From Carcharhinus amblyrhynchos (lineage: Eukaryota), in contig OZ336885.1 in the NCBI GenBank assembly GCA_965287045.1, positions 65,224,001 to 65,288,000 on the forward strand: a stretch of DNA of 64,000 nucleotides, read 5' to 3'. Positions 1 to 13,762 of this stretch are shown here, one piece after another. A program made the position numbers and the translations under genes. The notes below the pieces were generated by a model, which did no database searches, was not told the DNA's origin, and saw only the letters and a program-made list of their open reading frames with translations. Numbering within the stretch: the first letter of the stretch is position 1; each line of letters opens with the position of its first letter.

Positions 1-238
1 GTTATTACTGTATTTTATATCCGAATAGGCGCAACGTGACGGTAAAAATCGTCCCAATGTTAGGGCTATGGGCCATGCTGGCGTTGTAACCAGCATTAAG
101 ATAGAAAAAAAAACATAATCTTGTGATTAACAATGGCTTGGTGACGGGCTGAATCACTTAGCCTGCCGTCGGGCTTAAACTTTTTCTTTGCTGCTCAGCA
201 TCATTAAATGTTTCCCCACAACTTATTCCTGTCCACAG

Positions 239-339
239 GAAAAGGTGCCTCCGAGAAAAGCAACCCTATCTTCCGGCAAGCGCTGGTACAGAATCATGGA
301 GAGAGTCAAAGCTTTTGTCATTATGGAGGCAGGCATGGG
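239..339 (+). other. Possible isolated internal exon (101 nt), unknown gene
   Basis: Acceptor cttattcctgtccacag|, donor GGG|gtaaag, no stop in any frame, followed by G-runs. No recognisable protein. Confidence 0.15.
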
Positions 340-678
340 GTAAAGGTTGGGACAGTTGGCCGGGTGGCGGGGAGCGGGGGGGGCGGGGGGGGTGGCTGGA
401 GGCTGGGAGGGGGGAGTTCGGAGGCTTGGGAGGTGCTGGTGGCCGAGATGAGGCACTCGAAGCAGGATAATAAACACAGCATGGAATATATGGAAAGCCA
501 GTAAGCAGCACTAATCGTCTGGCAAGTTCTGTGCACAGGTGATCCATCAGCCCCACTTGTTGTGAAACGAGAGAGAGAAAAAAAAATACAGCAGCCTCTG
601 GAGGAAAATCTGTCACTCGTTGGAGAGATAGAAGACTGATCGTATCTGAGGTGATTTGGAAGTCTAACATAATATTAC

Positions 679-747
679 CTGAGTTTTTAAACAGACGATT
701 GACCAACTGACCTTCTAATGTACTTCCCCGGGGACAGTTAATTGGGA
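679..747 (-). CDS. Candidate 69-nt phase 1-1 exon (VPINCPRGSTLEGQLVNRLFKNS), possibly a downstream part of the microexon gene
   Basis: Acceptor ctaacaccccaatttttcag| with branch-point-like ctaac; donor CAG|gtaata; open in phase 1. Confidence 0.25.
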
Positions 748-1262
748 CTGAAAAATTGGGGTGTTAGAGGGTAAAACCACTTCATGCATATTTTATGTAC
801 CTTAAATATATGATCCCTCTTTTCCATGCACCCGTGAAACACTGATCGGTAGGAAACCAAAAATGCAATCTCATCAAAACTGAATGTCTCCAACTGTTTT
901 TTTCTCTCAGTGAAATCAGCCATAGTCGCTGACACCCAGGTATTGTTTTGGCTTTCAAAGTGATCTTGCTGATTATGGTCATTAAAACACAATCCCGGAA
1001 TTCCACTATTCTCCATTTCCTTTGACACGAGACAGTTATTTCACTCATTGACATCAGATCGGTGTCACTCATTGCTGAGCCGGCTCTGTTAGCTTTTGAG
1101 CAGTGCCAGTTCCCTATTTTTTTTTACCCACGCCATTACATGTAATGAAGTATCTTCGAACGTCTGTCATCCAAATCGATTTTAAAAAGGCATTGGTGGC
1201 CTGGAATGGACGTAAACGCTAGCCCTCCAATCAACTGACTTGATTTATCCCGAAGCATTGTC

Positions 1263-2085
1263 AAAACATAAGACCATAACACATAGGAGCAAATTAGGTT
1301 ACTCCGCCCATTATATCTGTTCCGCCATTCAGTCATGACTGACATTTTGTTTTTCTCTCACTCCCACTCTTATGCATTTTCCCCAAAACCCATGATCCAC
1401 TTATTAATTAAGATCCTATCTATCTTTGTCTTAAAACACTCATTAATCTGGCCTCTAAAACCTTCTGCGGCAGAGTTTCACAATTTCATCAATTTCCAGC
1501 TGAAGAAATTCCTCCTCAAATCTGTCATAAAGATCGTCCTTTAGCCTGAGACTATTCCACCTGGTTCTAGTTTTTCCCATAAGTGGAAACATCCTCTCCA
1601 CATCCGCTGTATCCAGGCTTCGCGGAATCCTATGAGTTTTAATAAGATCCACCATCATTCCTCTAACTTCCAACTAGTGCAGACCTAGCGCACTCAACCT
1701 TTCTTCATAAGGGATACTTCATTCCAGTGAAAATTCTTTTGAACCCCCTCTGGAAGTTTTCCAAGGCCAGCACACGCAATCTCAGATACGGGGTCCAAAA
1801 CTACTAACAATACTCCAAATGTGGTCTTACCAGAGCGTTTTACAGCCTGGTGAGTACGCCCCTGCTCTTGTATTCTAGCCTTCCTGGAATGAATGAAGAC
1901 ATTGCATTTGCCTTCCGATCTGATATCTGAACCTAACGTTAACCTGACGAGAGTGTTGCACAAGGTCTCACAAGTTCCTATGCGTCTCTGATTTTCCCCA
2001 TTTCGAAAATAGTCTATATCACTATTCTTCCTTCCAAAGTGCATAACTTCACACTTTTCCATACTATACTCCGTCTCGCTTATTA
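1263..2085 (-). mobile_element. CR1/HER1-type LINE, 5'-truncated and decayed (RT C-terminus plus 3' tail)
   Basis: ORFs 1694-2062 (EKCEVMHFGRKN) and 1455-1673 (GDLI/ERMFPL-like) match the CR1 ORF2 C-terminus; cataaga-like tail at ~1265. Confidence 0.9.
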
Positions 2086-2949
2086 ATGTTCTGACATATT
2101 ATGATAATGTTGTAGTGACTCTGGTGTGTGCATCGTCAACATTGTGCAGTCAGTCCGTCTTTCGTAGACATACATGATCGATGTGCATGGATGTGTGCAA
2201 ATAAAGGCCCATCTGTATCCTTCTCTGAAATTCCGCAAATAACTCACGCTGCCTGAGGAATTATTAATCAGTAAGTCTATATACCAAATGCAACCAAACG
2301 TGTGTTTGGAAACTATCTAAACTTCGTCCCATACTGTTGAGAGTTGTTCTTCTTTCAAAAAAATATATTTTGCCTGTAAAATTCATGAAATGCTCAGTTC
2401 GTAGAAGTTTTTTTATTTCAGACAGTTATTTCTCCACCAAATTGTGCCCGATGTTAAATCTTAGATCTCACGTTGTCCTATAATTCCGTCAGAATTACGA
2501 TTTTTATTATGTGTTAAACGTTGGACTGTTAGTTATTACTGTGGAAACACTATTCAGTGAAATAGCAGTTCGAATGCAGCTTTTGCTAATCCACCTCCCA
2601 AAAGAATTCATATTCCTTTTCAGTTTTTCTTTCATTCCATCCGTCTTTTGAACAAAAAAACATTGTATTCATTGTAGGTGTTCAGGAATGCAAGCTTTAA
2701 CAACTCATAGGTGCCAACGCATATGCGGGCTGTTGCTCTCATTGATTTTCCTCATATCTCACGCTCCCCATCCTCGCATCCATCCATGTCTTGCATACAC
2801 CGTATCCTTTGACTTTACCCTCGCTGAGATTGAACTTCATTTACTCAGCAAAACACTCAGCTTCGTAGCTTCACATAAGTAATTTTAAGGCTCAACGTTG
2901 ATACTCTACTATCCCTCTGCCTTTTCAGTCTCTGTGTGAATTTCCTTGG

Positions 2950-3870
2950 AAGAAGTCCAACACGTTTATTTGGTCGCACAAGCCACAAGCTTTCTCAGCG
3001 CTGCCCCTTCACCCGGTGAACGACAGTTCTGTTCAGAATTCGGACACTTAAATACACAAACCCAATTTACAACATAATGGTTGGAATGCAAATCTTTACA
3101 AGTAATCATGTCTTAAAGAAACAATGTGTGAGTGCAGAAAGGATTTAGCACATGCTAAAGTGATGAGTATTTTCTCCAGCCAAGGTAGTTAGTGAGAATT
3201 TGCAAGCTCAGATAAATCGTGGGGGTTACAGATAATCTGGCATGAACCCAACGTAACGGTTGAAGCCGTCCTCATGTGTGCGGTGCTTGACTATCAGTTC
3301 CTGATCACCGACTCTGAGCTGTCGTGTGTCGTGACGGCCGCCTCACAGAATCCTTACCTGAAGATGGGAGGCCGCATGTCAGTGATCGATGAAGTGTTCC
3401 CCAACAGGAAGACAACATTCTTGTCTGGTGGTTGCCGAGCGGTGTTCATTCATCCGTTGTATCGTCTGCATGGTCTTCCCAATGTACCTTGCCTCAGGAC
3501 ATCCTTTCCTGCAGCGTATCAGGTAGACAATGTTGACCAAGTTATAAATTTGTGTAGTGTCTACTTGATTGACAGTGTTCTCTTGTGAGATGTCGGCATC
3601 CGTGTCGGTGATCCAACATATCTTGTAAAGGTGGCTGTGACAGGGTTGTGTGCTGTAATGTTCACTGTTCTCTTGATGTTTGCTGCGGGCAACGGTCTGT
3701 TTGAGATCCTGCGGCCGTTTGAAGGCAATAAGTGGGGGTGTGGCGATGGCCTTAGCCTGATGTTCGTCTTCACTGATGACATGTTGAAGGCTCGGGAGAA
3801 AACGTCATAGCTTCTCCGCTCCTGGGAACTGCTGGACTTGGCATGTAAGCCCAAGCTTTCAGAAACGTTG
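2950..3870 (-). mobile_element. Penelope-like element family A, inverted 3' segment (pLTR plus GIY-YIG part)
   Basis: Reverse-complement match to the 3' region at ~5140-6040; ORF 3274-3588(+) parallels ORF 5190-5873(-). Confidence 0.85.
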
Positions 3871-3889
3871 CCATCGCCAGATTCATCAG

Positions 3890-6093
3890 CCACACTCACA
3901 AGACAGCTCCGAGCATTACCCAATGACAATGCAATACCATCTGCGCTCTCAAGACCAACCACAACGTTGTCATGAAACCAGCAGATAAAGGACGGTTCAT
4001 CGTCATGCTGAACAGAACAGATTGCTGCAGAAAGTGTACCGACTACTGAACAATGAGGAGCACTTCCAACATTTACCCGAAGATCCGAGCAAAGAATACA
4101 CCTGTCAACTCAACAGACTGATCAAGACCTTTGATCCGGACCTTCAGAGCACCCTCGGTGGTCTCAACCCACGTACTCCCCGCGTTGGAGTCTCTACTGC
4201 CTTCCGAAGGTACACAAGGCAAATGCACCCGACCGTCTAATTATATGGGGCAGTGCGAGATCCTCACCAGGTACGTCGAGGGCTTCCTGAAACCCGTTAT
4301 ACAAAGAACATTTGTCCCAGTAGTACGGAATTCCTACAGAAAATCAGCACACATGGGACAGCTGAACCAGGGGCTCTCTTTGTGACATTGGATGCCACGG
4401 ATGTAACACTACACCAGCGTCCCCACGACGATGGTATTGCTGCAACTGCCTCAGTATTCAACGCTGACAACTGCTAACCTCCAGATGCAATTTTGCAACT
4501 CTTCCAGGATGAAACAGATGAGTTGCAAAATTGTAATCCAGGATGATCACAATATCTTCGCCGTCAACAACCAGTTCTTCATCCAGACACACGGAACAGC
4601 CATATGGACGAATTTTGCACTTCAATATGCCATCATTTTTATGCACAGGTTTGGAACAAGGCCTCTTCACTGCACATGAACTTCAACAGATGCTGTAAAC
4701 TAGATAAGTCGACAATACTTTCTTCCTTTGGACTCATGGTGAACAATCACTGAAACAACTCTATGATGACATCAACAAATTCCAATCCACCATCAGACTC
4801 ACCATAGACTACTATCCGGGATCAGATGCATTCTTGGACACACGCATCTCCATTAAGGACGGTCTCGCCAGCATTTCACAACCACCACAGTCTCACGGAA
4901 AAACTTAACAAGTTCCACTTCTCCAGCTTCCACCCTAAACAAGTTAAGAAGGCTGTCCCCTATGGATAATCTCTCCATATATACAAGCCCTACTCAGATG
5001 AGAAGGATCGTAATAGACAATGCCAGCTCCTAAAAGATGGCCTCATAAGAACAGGATATGACGCTTGACTCACGATCAACAGTTCCAACGTGTCTCAGCG
5101 AAAATCAACATCGACTTCCCAGGAGACAAACATGGGATATGGTGGACAGAGAACCCTTCGTCGTCCAGTACTTCCCCCGAGCAAAGAAGCTATGAAATCT
5201 TTCTTAGAACCTTCAACATGTCATTGATGAAGACAGACATTTTGCCAACGGCATCCCCATGCCTCGACTTCTGGCCTTCAGGGAACCACAAATCCTCAAG
5301 CGGACCATTGTCCGCAGGAAACTGCACAACCTTCCAGCGAACAGTGAACAGGACACCACACAGCCCTCCCAGAGCAGCCTTTGCAGCACGTGCAGGATCA
5401 TCGACACAAACACCATCATTGCATGTGAGAACACTATCAAACAGATACCCGACACATACGGTTGCAACTCGGCCAGCGTTGGCTACCAGATATACTGGAG
5501 GAAAGGATGCCCCGATGCAAGTTACAATGGGGAGACCTTGCAAACTCTGCGACAACGAATGAGTGTACACTGCTCGACAATCATCAGGCAAGGGTTCTGT
5601 CTCCCGACTGGGGAACACTTCAGCTGTCACGGGCATTCGGCCTCTGATCTTTGGATAAAGATTTTCCAAGGTGGCCAATACGGCACACAACAATGCAAAG
5701 TTTCGGTACAGAGAATTATAGCCAAGTTCCACACACATGAGAATAAACTTAACCGTTATGTCACACTCTCTGTAACCCCCACGACATGCCAGGCCTTGAA
5801 AAACCATACCCACTGTCCTGTCTGGAGACAATACAGATCTCTTTGTCCTGTGCTCAACCCTCTCTACACTCACATTGTCTGTACTTTTAAGACTTGATTC
5901 CCTGTAAAGTCATGCATTCCAATCATTATTTTGCAAATTGAGTATGTGTATTTATATGCCAATGTATCACTTGATGAATGGGTAGTGTTGAGAAAGCTTG
6001 TGGCTTGTGCTACCGCATAAACCTGTAGATGTTAACCTGGTGTTGTCAGACTTTTTACTGTGCTTACTCCAATCAAACGCTGGCATCTCCACA
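3890..6093 (+). mobile_element. Penelope-like element family A, RT plus GIY-YIG endonuclease, frameshifted
   Basis: Motifs MKPADKG (3972), QFFIQTHGTAIWT; GIY-YIG region CNSASVGYQI..CPDASYNGETLQTLRQRM..H (ORF 5259-5897); 3' end ggcatctccacat. Confidence 0.9.
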
Positions 6094-6391
6094 TTTTGCT
6101 TCTTTGGGCAGGATTTCCCCACTCGTTCATCAGATCCTTTTTCAGGGTTTGAAATTTCTACCTGTAACTGGAGGACTCCATCTGACGTGTTGCCTTCTCT
6201 TGACATATTCTTACAGAACCGTCGGATTGATATCAGATACCTAAATATTTTAACTCATCTCACTCGCACTAACGTGTCATCTTCTCAACTTTCCACATTT
6301 TGGAATCTCAGGCCCAAACCTTACTTTATTGCTAAATCCGCCGACAAGGCTGATGGATCTGGCGATGACCTGAACTCGAATTTGCAGATAC

Positions 6392-6572
6392 GAACATAAG
6401 AATATAAGGAGTAGGAACAGGTGTAGGCCATCTAGCCCTTCGAGCCTGCCCCACCATTCAATAAGATCATGGCTGATCTGAAGTGGCTCAGTTCCACTTT
6501 CCCGCTTTCTCCCCATAACCCTTAATTTCCTTGCCTACCAATTCCCTTGCCTACTAATTCCCTTGCCTACCA
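6392..6572 (-). mobile_element. Short 3' tip of a young CR1 inserted into PLE family B
   Basis: Near-identical to 63370-63505 (compare ORFs 6277-6516 and 63005-63496). Confidence 0.9.
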
Positions 6573-6573
6573 A
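6525..6573. repeat. 16-bp tandem repeat, three copies (aattcccttgcctacc)
   Basis: Three consecutive near-identical units at the truncation junction of the CR1 tip. Confidence 0.85.
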
Positions 6574-7211
6574 TGCTCAGCATTAACTCGCCGATGTTTC
6601 CTAATACTATCCCCGGACCTCAAACCCAGTTGCTAAAATCAAATCACCATTTGGAAGATAATCGTTGACCTGATTACTTCAGCAGTTCTTCCTTTCGCAG
6701 ATTTCAGCTACCTAGTCTTCCTTCCCGGCAGTCTGCTGCTATCTTTGTTACTGGAATGTCCAAACAAATGCTTCCTTGTCCGCCAATCGCATTATCTTCA
6801 TCCTGCCTATTGAATCATTTTCTTGAGTCTACCTTCTCTCCTCTCTGTCCTTTCCTTTCCCAAATATGTGGTGACTCCTCCGATATCATTTGTCATGTCA
6901 ACAACTTTCAGTTCTCTGGCCCAAATCGCTTCCTCGTTTAAAAAAAGATGTCCTATCCCGATACGCTTTCATGCTCCAACAACATTGTTGGACGTTCTCG
7001 GAGTCTAAGCCAACAAAGGTCTGATGCTTCCAAATCCACCTCCACTCCGTTCTGCGTGGACGCCCTTGTGTCATTCAGAGTTTCTTGGTAAGCTTTTCAT
7101 ACTTCCACCAAGTAATATATTTGGTTAATGGCACCCTTTTGGGCCCCAATTACGTTTGACTGTTTATAAAGTATATGGGTCATTGCATGTTACAGTGCCC
7201 CATCGGTTCAG

Positions 7212-7264
7212 ATGTGGGTATGCCGGCGTTGAACTGGCGTAAACACAGTTGAAAGTCAGACTTT
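7212..7264 (-). mobile_element. ~53-bp 3' tip of PLE family A with 12-bp TSD
   Basis: Matches 19218-19270; flanked by ccatcggttcag at 7200-7211 and 7265-7276. Confidence 0.85.
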
Positions 7265-10200
7265 CCATCGGTTCAGTACAGCTTCACACTCTCAACTTGA
7301 AGTAAAATATTGAGTAATTGTTATTCCAATTTCTACCTTTTACCTCCTTGTGGTTCATCTGTCAGCTTCGAATGTTCTTTGACCAATATCTCTCGTTTTC
7401 TGGCGTTAGTTTCTCCACCAGCATTACGTACAAGACCACCTATTCCCGCATCTACCTTGGGCACAGCTCTTCGCAAACCGCCTCATATCGGCTCCAGTCC
7501 ATTATTTTTGTCTCATCACCTCTGCATCATCTGCTCCTATGTTGCTAATTTTCATAATGAGACTAATGATATGGTCTTCTTCTTTCTTCATCGTGGATTT
7601 CCACATACTGAAATTGAGAGGGCTCTCCACCATAACTGATACATCCCCAGTGTCAAACGCCTCACCACCTGCGCGCCATAACAGACTCAGGATGGGGTGA
7701 AATGACGTTTCCCCCAATTACTGCATGATTTTACCATTAAAAGCGCCTTCCCCTCTCTCCGCTTGCGAGCATTCGACATGAACCATTCCTTCTGAGATAC
7801 ATTGATCCACTCTTCCAACACACCTAATACCCCGCCACCTGCCGACGGCACCATCGCATGCCATCCTAAAAGTTGTAACGCATGTCCCTTCATCCTCCTC
7901 TTCTCACCGTCCCAGGCATAAAACACACGTTTCAGGGGAGGAAGCATATGAGAGGCAAATTCTTTATTCCACGTTATTTGCATTCGCTGAACACAACAGC
8001 ATTGATTCTACATAAGAGCTGTCAAACACAACTGGGTGGTCATTTTGACAAACAACATGTGTCCATCCGCTAGCAGGCACGAGACTTCCCTCTCGCTTGC
8101 CATGTCAATACATCATCCTGCCCTCTTGGCAAACCGTCCTTCAATAGGCCTATAGCGCATTTTCAGTGAGGTTAAACTAAACTGAAGGAACTGAACCGGA
8201 TTCTCTGATTACGTAATTTACCATTTTCCTAAACATTTACACTCTGCACTCTTTAGTTATCAGATTGCATTAATTTTATTTACTTTTATCTTGTCACTTC
8301 ATTTTTTTTTCACCCCATCCAACCCCACGCGTACCACTTCACTGGGGAGATTTGCCAATTCTCTCTTTATGTCCTTCGACCCTCTGTAACTTTCATCTGT
8401 CATTTCATATTATAGTGTCTTAATGGACGCTACTCACAACATTCCAGCCTTTATTACCTTTATCCCAGCCTTTATTCCAGCCATTGAAACCTTTATTATT
8501 AAATGATCATGCAATCATTATTTATTCACATCCTTCTTTTGTCTATGGTATCCAAGTAAATTACGGCAAAAACCATCCCTGCCCATCCTTGCAGCATAAG
8601 TCTCGTCCGATTTTCTTCGCCTTTAACTTTGACGAAACATCATCCAGAGGCAAGTTTTGCTTCTATTCAGAGATGTTGTCAGACTTGCTGGGAGTTTCGG
8701 ACATTTTCCGTTGTTGTCACAGATGCCAACATTCGCTTAATTTGTGTTTGCCTACGATGTTGCATGCCATATATACATCTCACTTTGTAAATGTGCGTCA
8801 CTGTAAATGTCAGCATATTTTTAATCCAGTTTATGTTGCACTAACCAGTTAAGATGGCAGATTTCCCACCCAGAAGGCCATTCAAATGTGTGTAAAGTTC
8901 CAATGACAGCTTCATGCCCACTATTGAATAAACAGGATTACTTTCAGCCTTTTTCTAAACAACTGACATTCTGCATGTAATTGATGGTCCACTTTTCCCT
9001 TGAATTCTTTGTTTTTGGAATAGTCCTGCATATTGTTGTTTTATTTTTGTCTTGACGACACTACACTTTTTCCTTCTCTGCTGAATTGCAAAGAATACGC
9101 TCTTCCACGTGTTCTTCCCACTTCCTTCAAGACAAGTTTGATTCCTTCGCACTTACATTCGCCTGTTAATCCCGTTGATTGTACCAGCAAAAAAAAACTC
9201 AAGCCAAGTCTCTGTATAAATACCAATATGGAAAAATGTCTGTTTTATTTTCCAGTTCATATTTGTGATTCTTCAGCAACTTCAGATATCATGTTCAGTA
9301 CACAGTCATCATCTCAATATTTTGTTCCATCTTAAACTAGGAACGAGACGTGTTGTGATACTTCTGATTCGACTAACGATTATCACTGCAATTAGCTGGC
9401 AATTTCCAACACAAATAAACAAAAATGTAGTCTTTTTTTCTCTATCGCTGTAAGTGACGGCACACCTGAATTGCACAACAGTTAAGAACTGCGGCAAGAA
9501 GTGTGACAATAATCTTCTCCCAGTTTCAAGAAGGAATGCGTTTTGTGACTGTTTTGCCTGATTAGATCTCCGTTGCTAAACGGAATCAACATCAAACAGC
9601 TGAATAATTAGTAGCGAATTGTACCTATGAAACCAACGGTAACATTCTTAATGTCAAGTCTTACATAACCGACAATAAATGCACATAATCGTGGAGAGAA
9701 ACAAAATATACATTTAATAGGTGTCAGCACATTTAACACCACAACACAATCGGACTTTCTCGGAAGTGATGTTGCCGGCAAGCATACATAGTGTATATGT
9801 AGCAATATATATGCACTGTGAAAAATGTTAAGAAGCACCACTGAATCATTCAATAAACTTTGAGGGCTTTACGCTAAGCATTCTATCCATGTACGATCTA
9901 TGCAAAATTGAACTGTTGCTCAAGTCAGGTAAGCCTGTGGCAATCGTTCATCAAAGGAGGCAATTATGGAGAATTGTGCTGTGTTCTAACTCTTCGTGCA
10001 ATCCCCTAGTGCCTACAATCTCTATAGTAGTAGTTCAGCGTATTTATCCAGTTGCAAAGAAGTTGATAACATCCGCAGCCTCCTTCAAATTGCTTTTCAT
10101 TCCAATTTTCAGACTGAACAAGGCTAACCATTCGAAGTTAGCAACATAAATTGTCTTTGTCGCATGGTTCGCAGCAAAAGCAATCCCTTCAGTGCAATTG

Positions 10201-10849
10201 CCATATAAACACTCTGATAGAAAATTCTGATAGCAATTACCGCGAGTCTCATTATTTTTTTAAGATTGGCGGTGCACAGCACAGATTTTCTGCCCGTTTT
10301 GTCATTTGCCTGCACTGCAACACCATTGCCAGCAGGCATACTGTTGAATATGTGACATGTCATGATCTGTACTAAAATCTCTGCAAATTTTGATTTTAAT
10401 GCCCTCTGTGAGGCATTTCTGAAAATTCAGCCCATTGGAAGAAGATCTGTTTCCCGGTATAGAATGTCAGTTTTGCACGTCATGTCTACATCTTCGGATA
10501 CCATTCTGCAGGGCCAATATATTCAAATCTGACATGTACAATTTCAAAGTTGAATAAAACAACTACAACTCAAAACTTATGCACCACTTGGTGAGAACAT
10601 GAATGCCGCATTTCAACGAGATAGTTTGCTTCCGTTCCTGCATGGCCATTCACTTTTCTTTTTGATAATTTAGCTATGTTGTATATTGACAGTTCTTGTT
10701 GGAGATTCTATGGGCAGGTATTTAAATTTTTCTGCAAGTTCGAAGAAATTTGGCGTACGAACCATAACGTGGGAAACATACATTAATTAGATGGACGGGC
10801 GTCATTTTATAAAAATTACACGTATAAGAAAACGTACCTCATTGGATGA

Positions 10850-11810
10850 TTAACAACACACAACAATGTTATATTCCCTCAGGACTGAGAAAGAACAGTA
10901 CCTCCAGGAAGCGTGGAAAATGCGCAGTGCTGTTTTCGAAACTGCGCCCTGAAAAAAAAAACAGAGCACACCAAATTCCACGGAATGCCCGCGAAGTGGC
11001 GTCAGGAAAGGCCAGGAAATGCTGGACGCACTTACTGATAAGCATTTAGTGACGCGTAGACGCCACAGCACTGAACAGTTTCTGCTGCTTGGACCCAGAG
11101 TACCTGGCATTAAAATGTGCACCGTACTACCTTCTCTGGTTGGTCAGCCCTGTTAATTTGAAGACAAATTACATCCCATGCGATGTGGACGTAAAGACCG
11201 TGATGGAAGGAATATCCGCATCCACAAATAGGCTTGAGGCAAAACATTCTGAGGACTTGTTCATTGTGCCCTGAGACTTCCATCATGTCAAACTCGAGAT
11301 CATCTTACCAGGAGACCGCCAACACACTCTCGAACATCTTGAGAATTCCAGACCACAGCTTCACAAATTTCAAAAGTGCTTACATCTCTAGCACAAACAC
11401 ACACGTTGGCAAATGAGCCAAAATTCTGCGCTCTTCCTCCTGGGTGACAAGCAAAATTTGACGTGGCAGGATCCGTCTAAGACGGTGGTGCAATAGTGTT
11501 CTAAAAACTACGACGATCTCTTTCGCGACCGCACAGTATCAATGGAGCGGTCAGTATTTAAAAACCTGAATGAGAAGTCCACCGCAGCAACGGTTTTCAC
11601 CTGTACCTGTGTGGGGACTAAGTGCCAAAGAAGCCAATCCACTTGTTTCTAAATCGGAAACCGGAGCGACTGGGACCTAATGATTGCTGAAGCCTAGGTT
11701 TGAGGCATTCAAGTTAGTCGATAGTGATGTTTACAAGAAATCCAGATGTTGTCTCAGGAGATCAATCAAATGTGATAAAAGAAAGTATCTAACCAAGCTA
11801 GAAAGATATA
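10850..11810 (+). mobile_element. Rex1/Babar-clade LINE remnant (AP endonuclease region)
   Basis: ORF 11089-11274 (EYLALKCAPYYL...YIPCDVDVKT...TNRLEAKHSEDLFIV) resembles Rex1 LEYLxVKCRPYYLPREF / LFIVAGDFN. Confidence 0.75.
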
Positions 11811-12811
11811 ACTTAGTGGTCAAGAAAAAATGTACTGCACAATCGGCGTGATTTTTAAGCAACATATTTAGGAAATTTGTGAATGACGATAAATTGCAAT
11901 CTGTAAAAATGATACGCTAACGCTCAATTCTGCTGGATACGTACAATTGATCATTTCCCTTGTTTTTTTCTCTTGTGTCCCCATTCCAGTTTCGATCTAG
12001 CGTACGTGATATTGCCCCTGCTCAAGGGAAGTTCCCAACGACAGTGGCCAAACGTTGTTAGTGCCATCAGAATCGAAAGTGTTTGATCAAGCAGATTGTT
12101 GCCGGGCAGGCTTTCATAAATACCCCAATACGAAAAAAAAACAGCGGATTTATCTACATTGCACCTTTACCTGCGTTATTAATTAAAGTGGCCTGCGGCT
12201 AAATAGGCATACTGTGTTTTCTCAGATTTCTAAAACTTTAAATGCAAACGCTTAGAAATTACAATAATGTCCAGCCACATGTATGATCCAAAAATCTATC
12301 CGACCATCGCCAAAAGATTTAGCTCTGCAGGGAAACCTAAATTGTACAGTTTATTTTATGTCATTGTTAAAATTAGGGTGTACAAAATAATCCATCTGTT
12401 TGTCTCTTTAGTGTTGGAGTAATATGTTTCACACTTGCCTGGACCTAATTCAAAATTCATCATGCAGTTTTTTGGGCGACGATAGCACCACAGATACTGA
12501 CCAACGAAAAGTCAGAACCATGTAGTACAGACAATCATATTCAAATAAACTGGCAGACCAACCCATTTGTTTCTGTCAGCAACAAATTGATATTTGTATA
12601 TACGCCACAACCATTCATTTATTTTCCAGTTAAAAGCATTCTATCATATAATATTTGTAATGAAAAGCACAATTTAAAATTGTTCCAAACATTGAGCGTA
12701 TGGTGGGATTTTGTCCCTTCAGATAATCCATTGTATCGTCTTTGCAGGCTCATATTCCTACCGGCATTTTTGCGAGCTGCTAATTTGAGGAACTGGGATG
12801 TGGCCTCCTAC

Positions 12812-12832
12812 CATTATTGAGCTTGATTATTG
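12812..12832 (-). CDS. 21-nt microexon, phase 1: AIIKLNN
   Basis: cgctccggcctcag|CAATAATCAAGCTCAATAATG|gtagga; moderate splice signals. Confidence 0.45.
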
Positions 12833-13564
12833 CTGAGGCCGGAGCGTGTATTTTCATATCAAATTGCTCGATAAAGCTTGGATACAGTATCAACTAACTT
12901 TATGACGAGTCACACAGGTTATCATTCCTCCGTCCATTCTGTGTCATTGTTGTTCACAGCAGGAGCTTTTTCTTTGGCACAGTGAACGGTTCACTGCGTT
13001 TTCTGTATACCCATGAACAAGAATTTCAAGATTGAGTTGAACCTAAGTTCGGATAAATTATTACGCCTTCATTCAGAAAAAAAAAGACTGACTTAAACAA
13101 TCAATTTCTACTCTGCCTGATTGGGGAAACTTTGATGAGACGCATTTTCTTATCTCCACAGTATTAGGTGCCAGCATCCGTACATATCAACGAGTGGTGC
13201 AGCAGCCACAGTATTCGTCGTGAATTCTATCCAGTCCTGAAACGGGGTATTTCACTTTCTGGCATGCAAACCCAAACTTTCTCATCATTAACTGAACTCA
13301 GTAACATAAATTGAATGAGCACAATCTATGTTTTTGGTTTACCAGGAGGTGTTTCTCCGCAGACATAGTGCTGCATGTAAAGATGTTGCAGGACCGTCTT
13401 GGTACGTTGTTCTTATATTTGAATCAGGAACATTTAGCCTACTGGTAAACAAAATACTTGATTTTTTTTCTCCCCCAGCACATAACTTAATTTGCAACCG
13501 ATACCAGGGTTCTCAGGTTTAAAAATCTATAAGGGCCAACTGGGTAACGCTTTTCTGCACATAC

Positions 13565-13585
13565 CTGCGTCACGCTTTTTGAGGT
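13565..13585 (-). CDS. 21-nt microexon, phase 1: DLKKRDA
   Basis: ttttacccgttaatccgtacag|ACCTCAAAAAGCGTGACGCAG|gtatgt; 13/21 identical to exon 40780-40800. Confidence 0.7.
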
Positions 13586-13741
13586 CTGTACGGATTAACG
13601 GGTAAAAAAAAATGCTAATTTGAGACTGCGTTTCCGTTAGATTGGAAAGCATCATTAGAACAAAGAATAAGTCAGATCGTTGTTTTTAGTCTTTCTCTCC
13701 CTTATGTTCTCCCACTCGCGTTCTCTCTTTTTTTTGCTTAC

Positions 13742-13762
13742 CAGCTTCAAGAGAAGCTTTTG
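13742..13762 (-). CDS. 21-nt microexon, phase 1: (A/T)KASLEA
   Basis: ctaatggttttctgttttctcccaaag|CAAAAGCTTCTCTTGAAGCTG|gtaagc; branch point and pyrimidine tract present. Confidence 0.7.

Larger units (their letters stand above)
2770..8745 (+). mobile_element. Penelope-like element family B, decayed and interrupted by three later insertions
   Basis: RT N-terminal remnant at 2780-2950 resumes at ~6095 (FFGQDFP). IAKSADK at ~6330 resembles IKPADKG. GIY-YIG-like remnant at ~7960-8200. 3' terminus at 8625-8740 resembles 29435-29560. Confidence 0.75.

Noticed and set aside
208-706. Overlapping Pro/Gly-rich ORFs (also 27449-27948, 29029-29406, 52289-52801)
   Set aside because: Artefacts of G/C-run low-complexity sequence or PLE UTRs.
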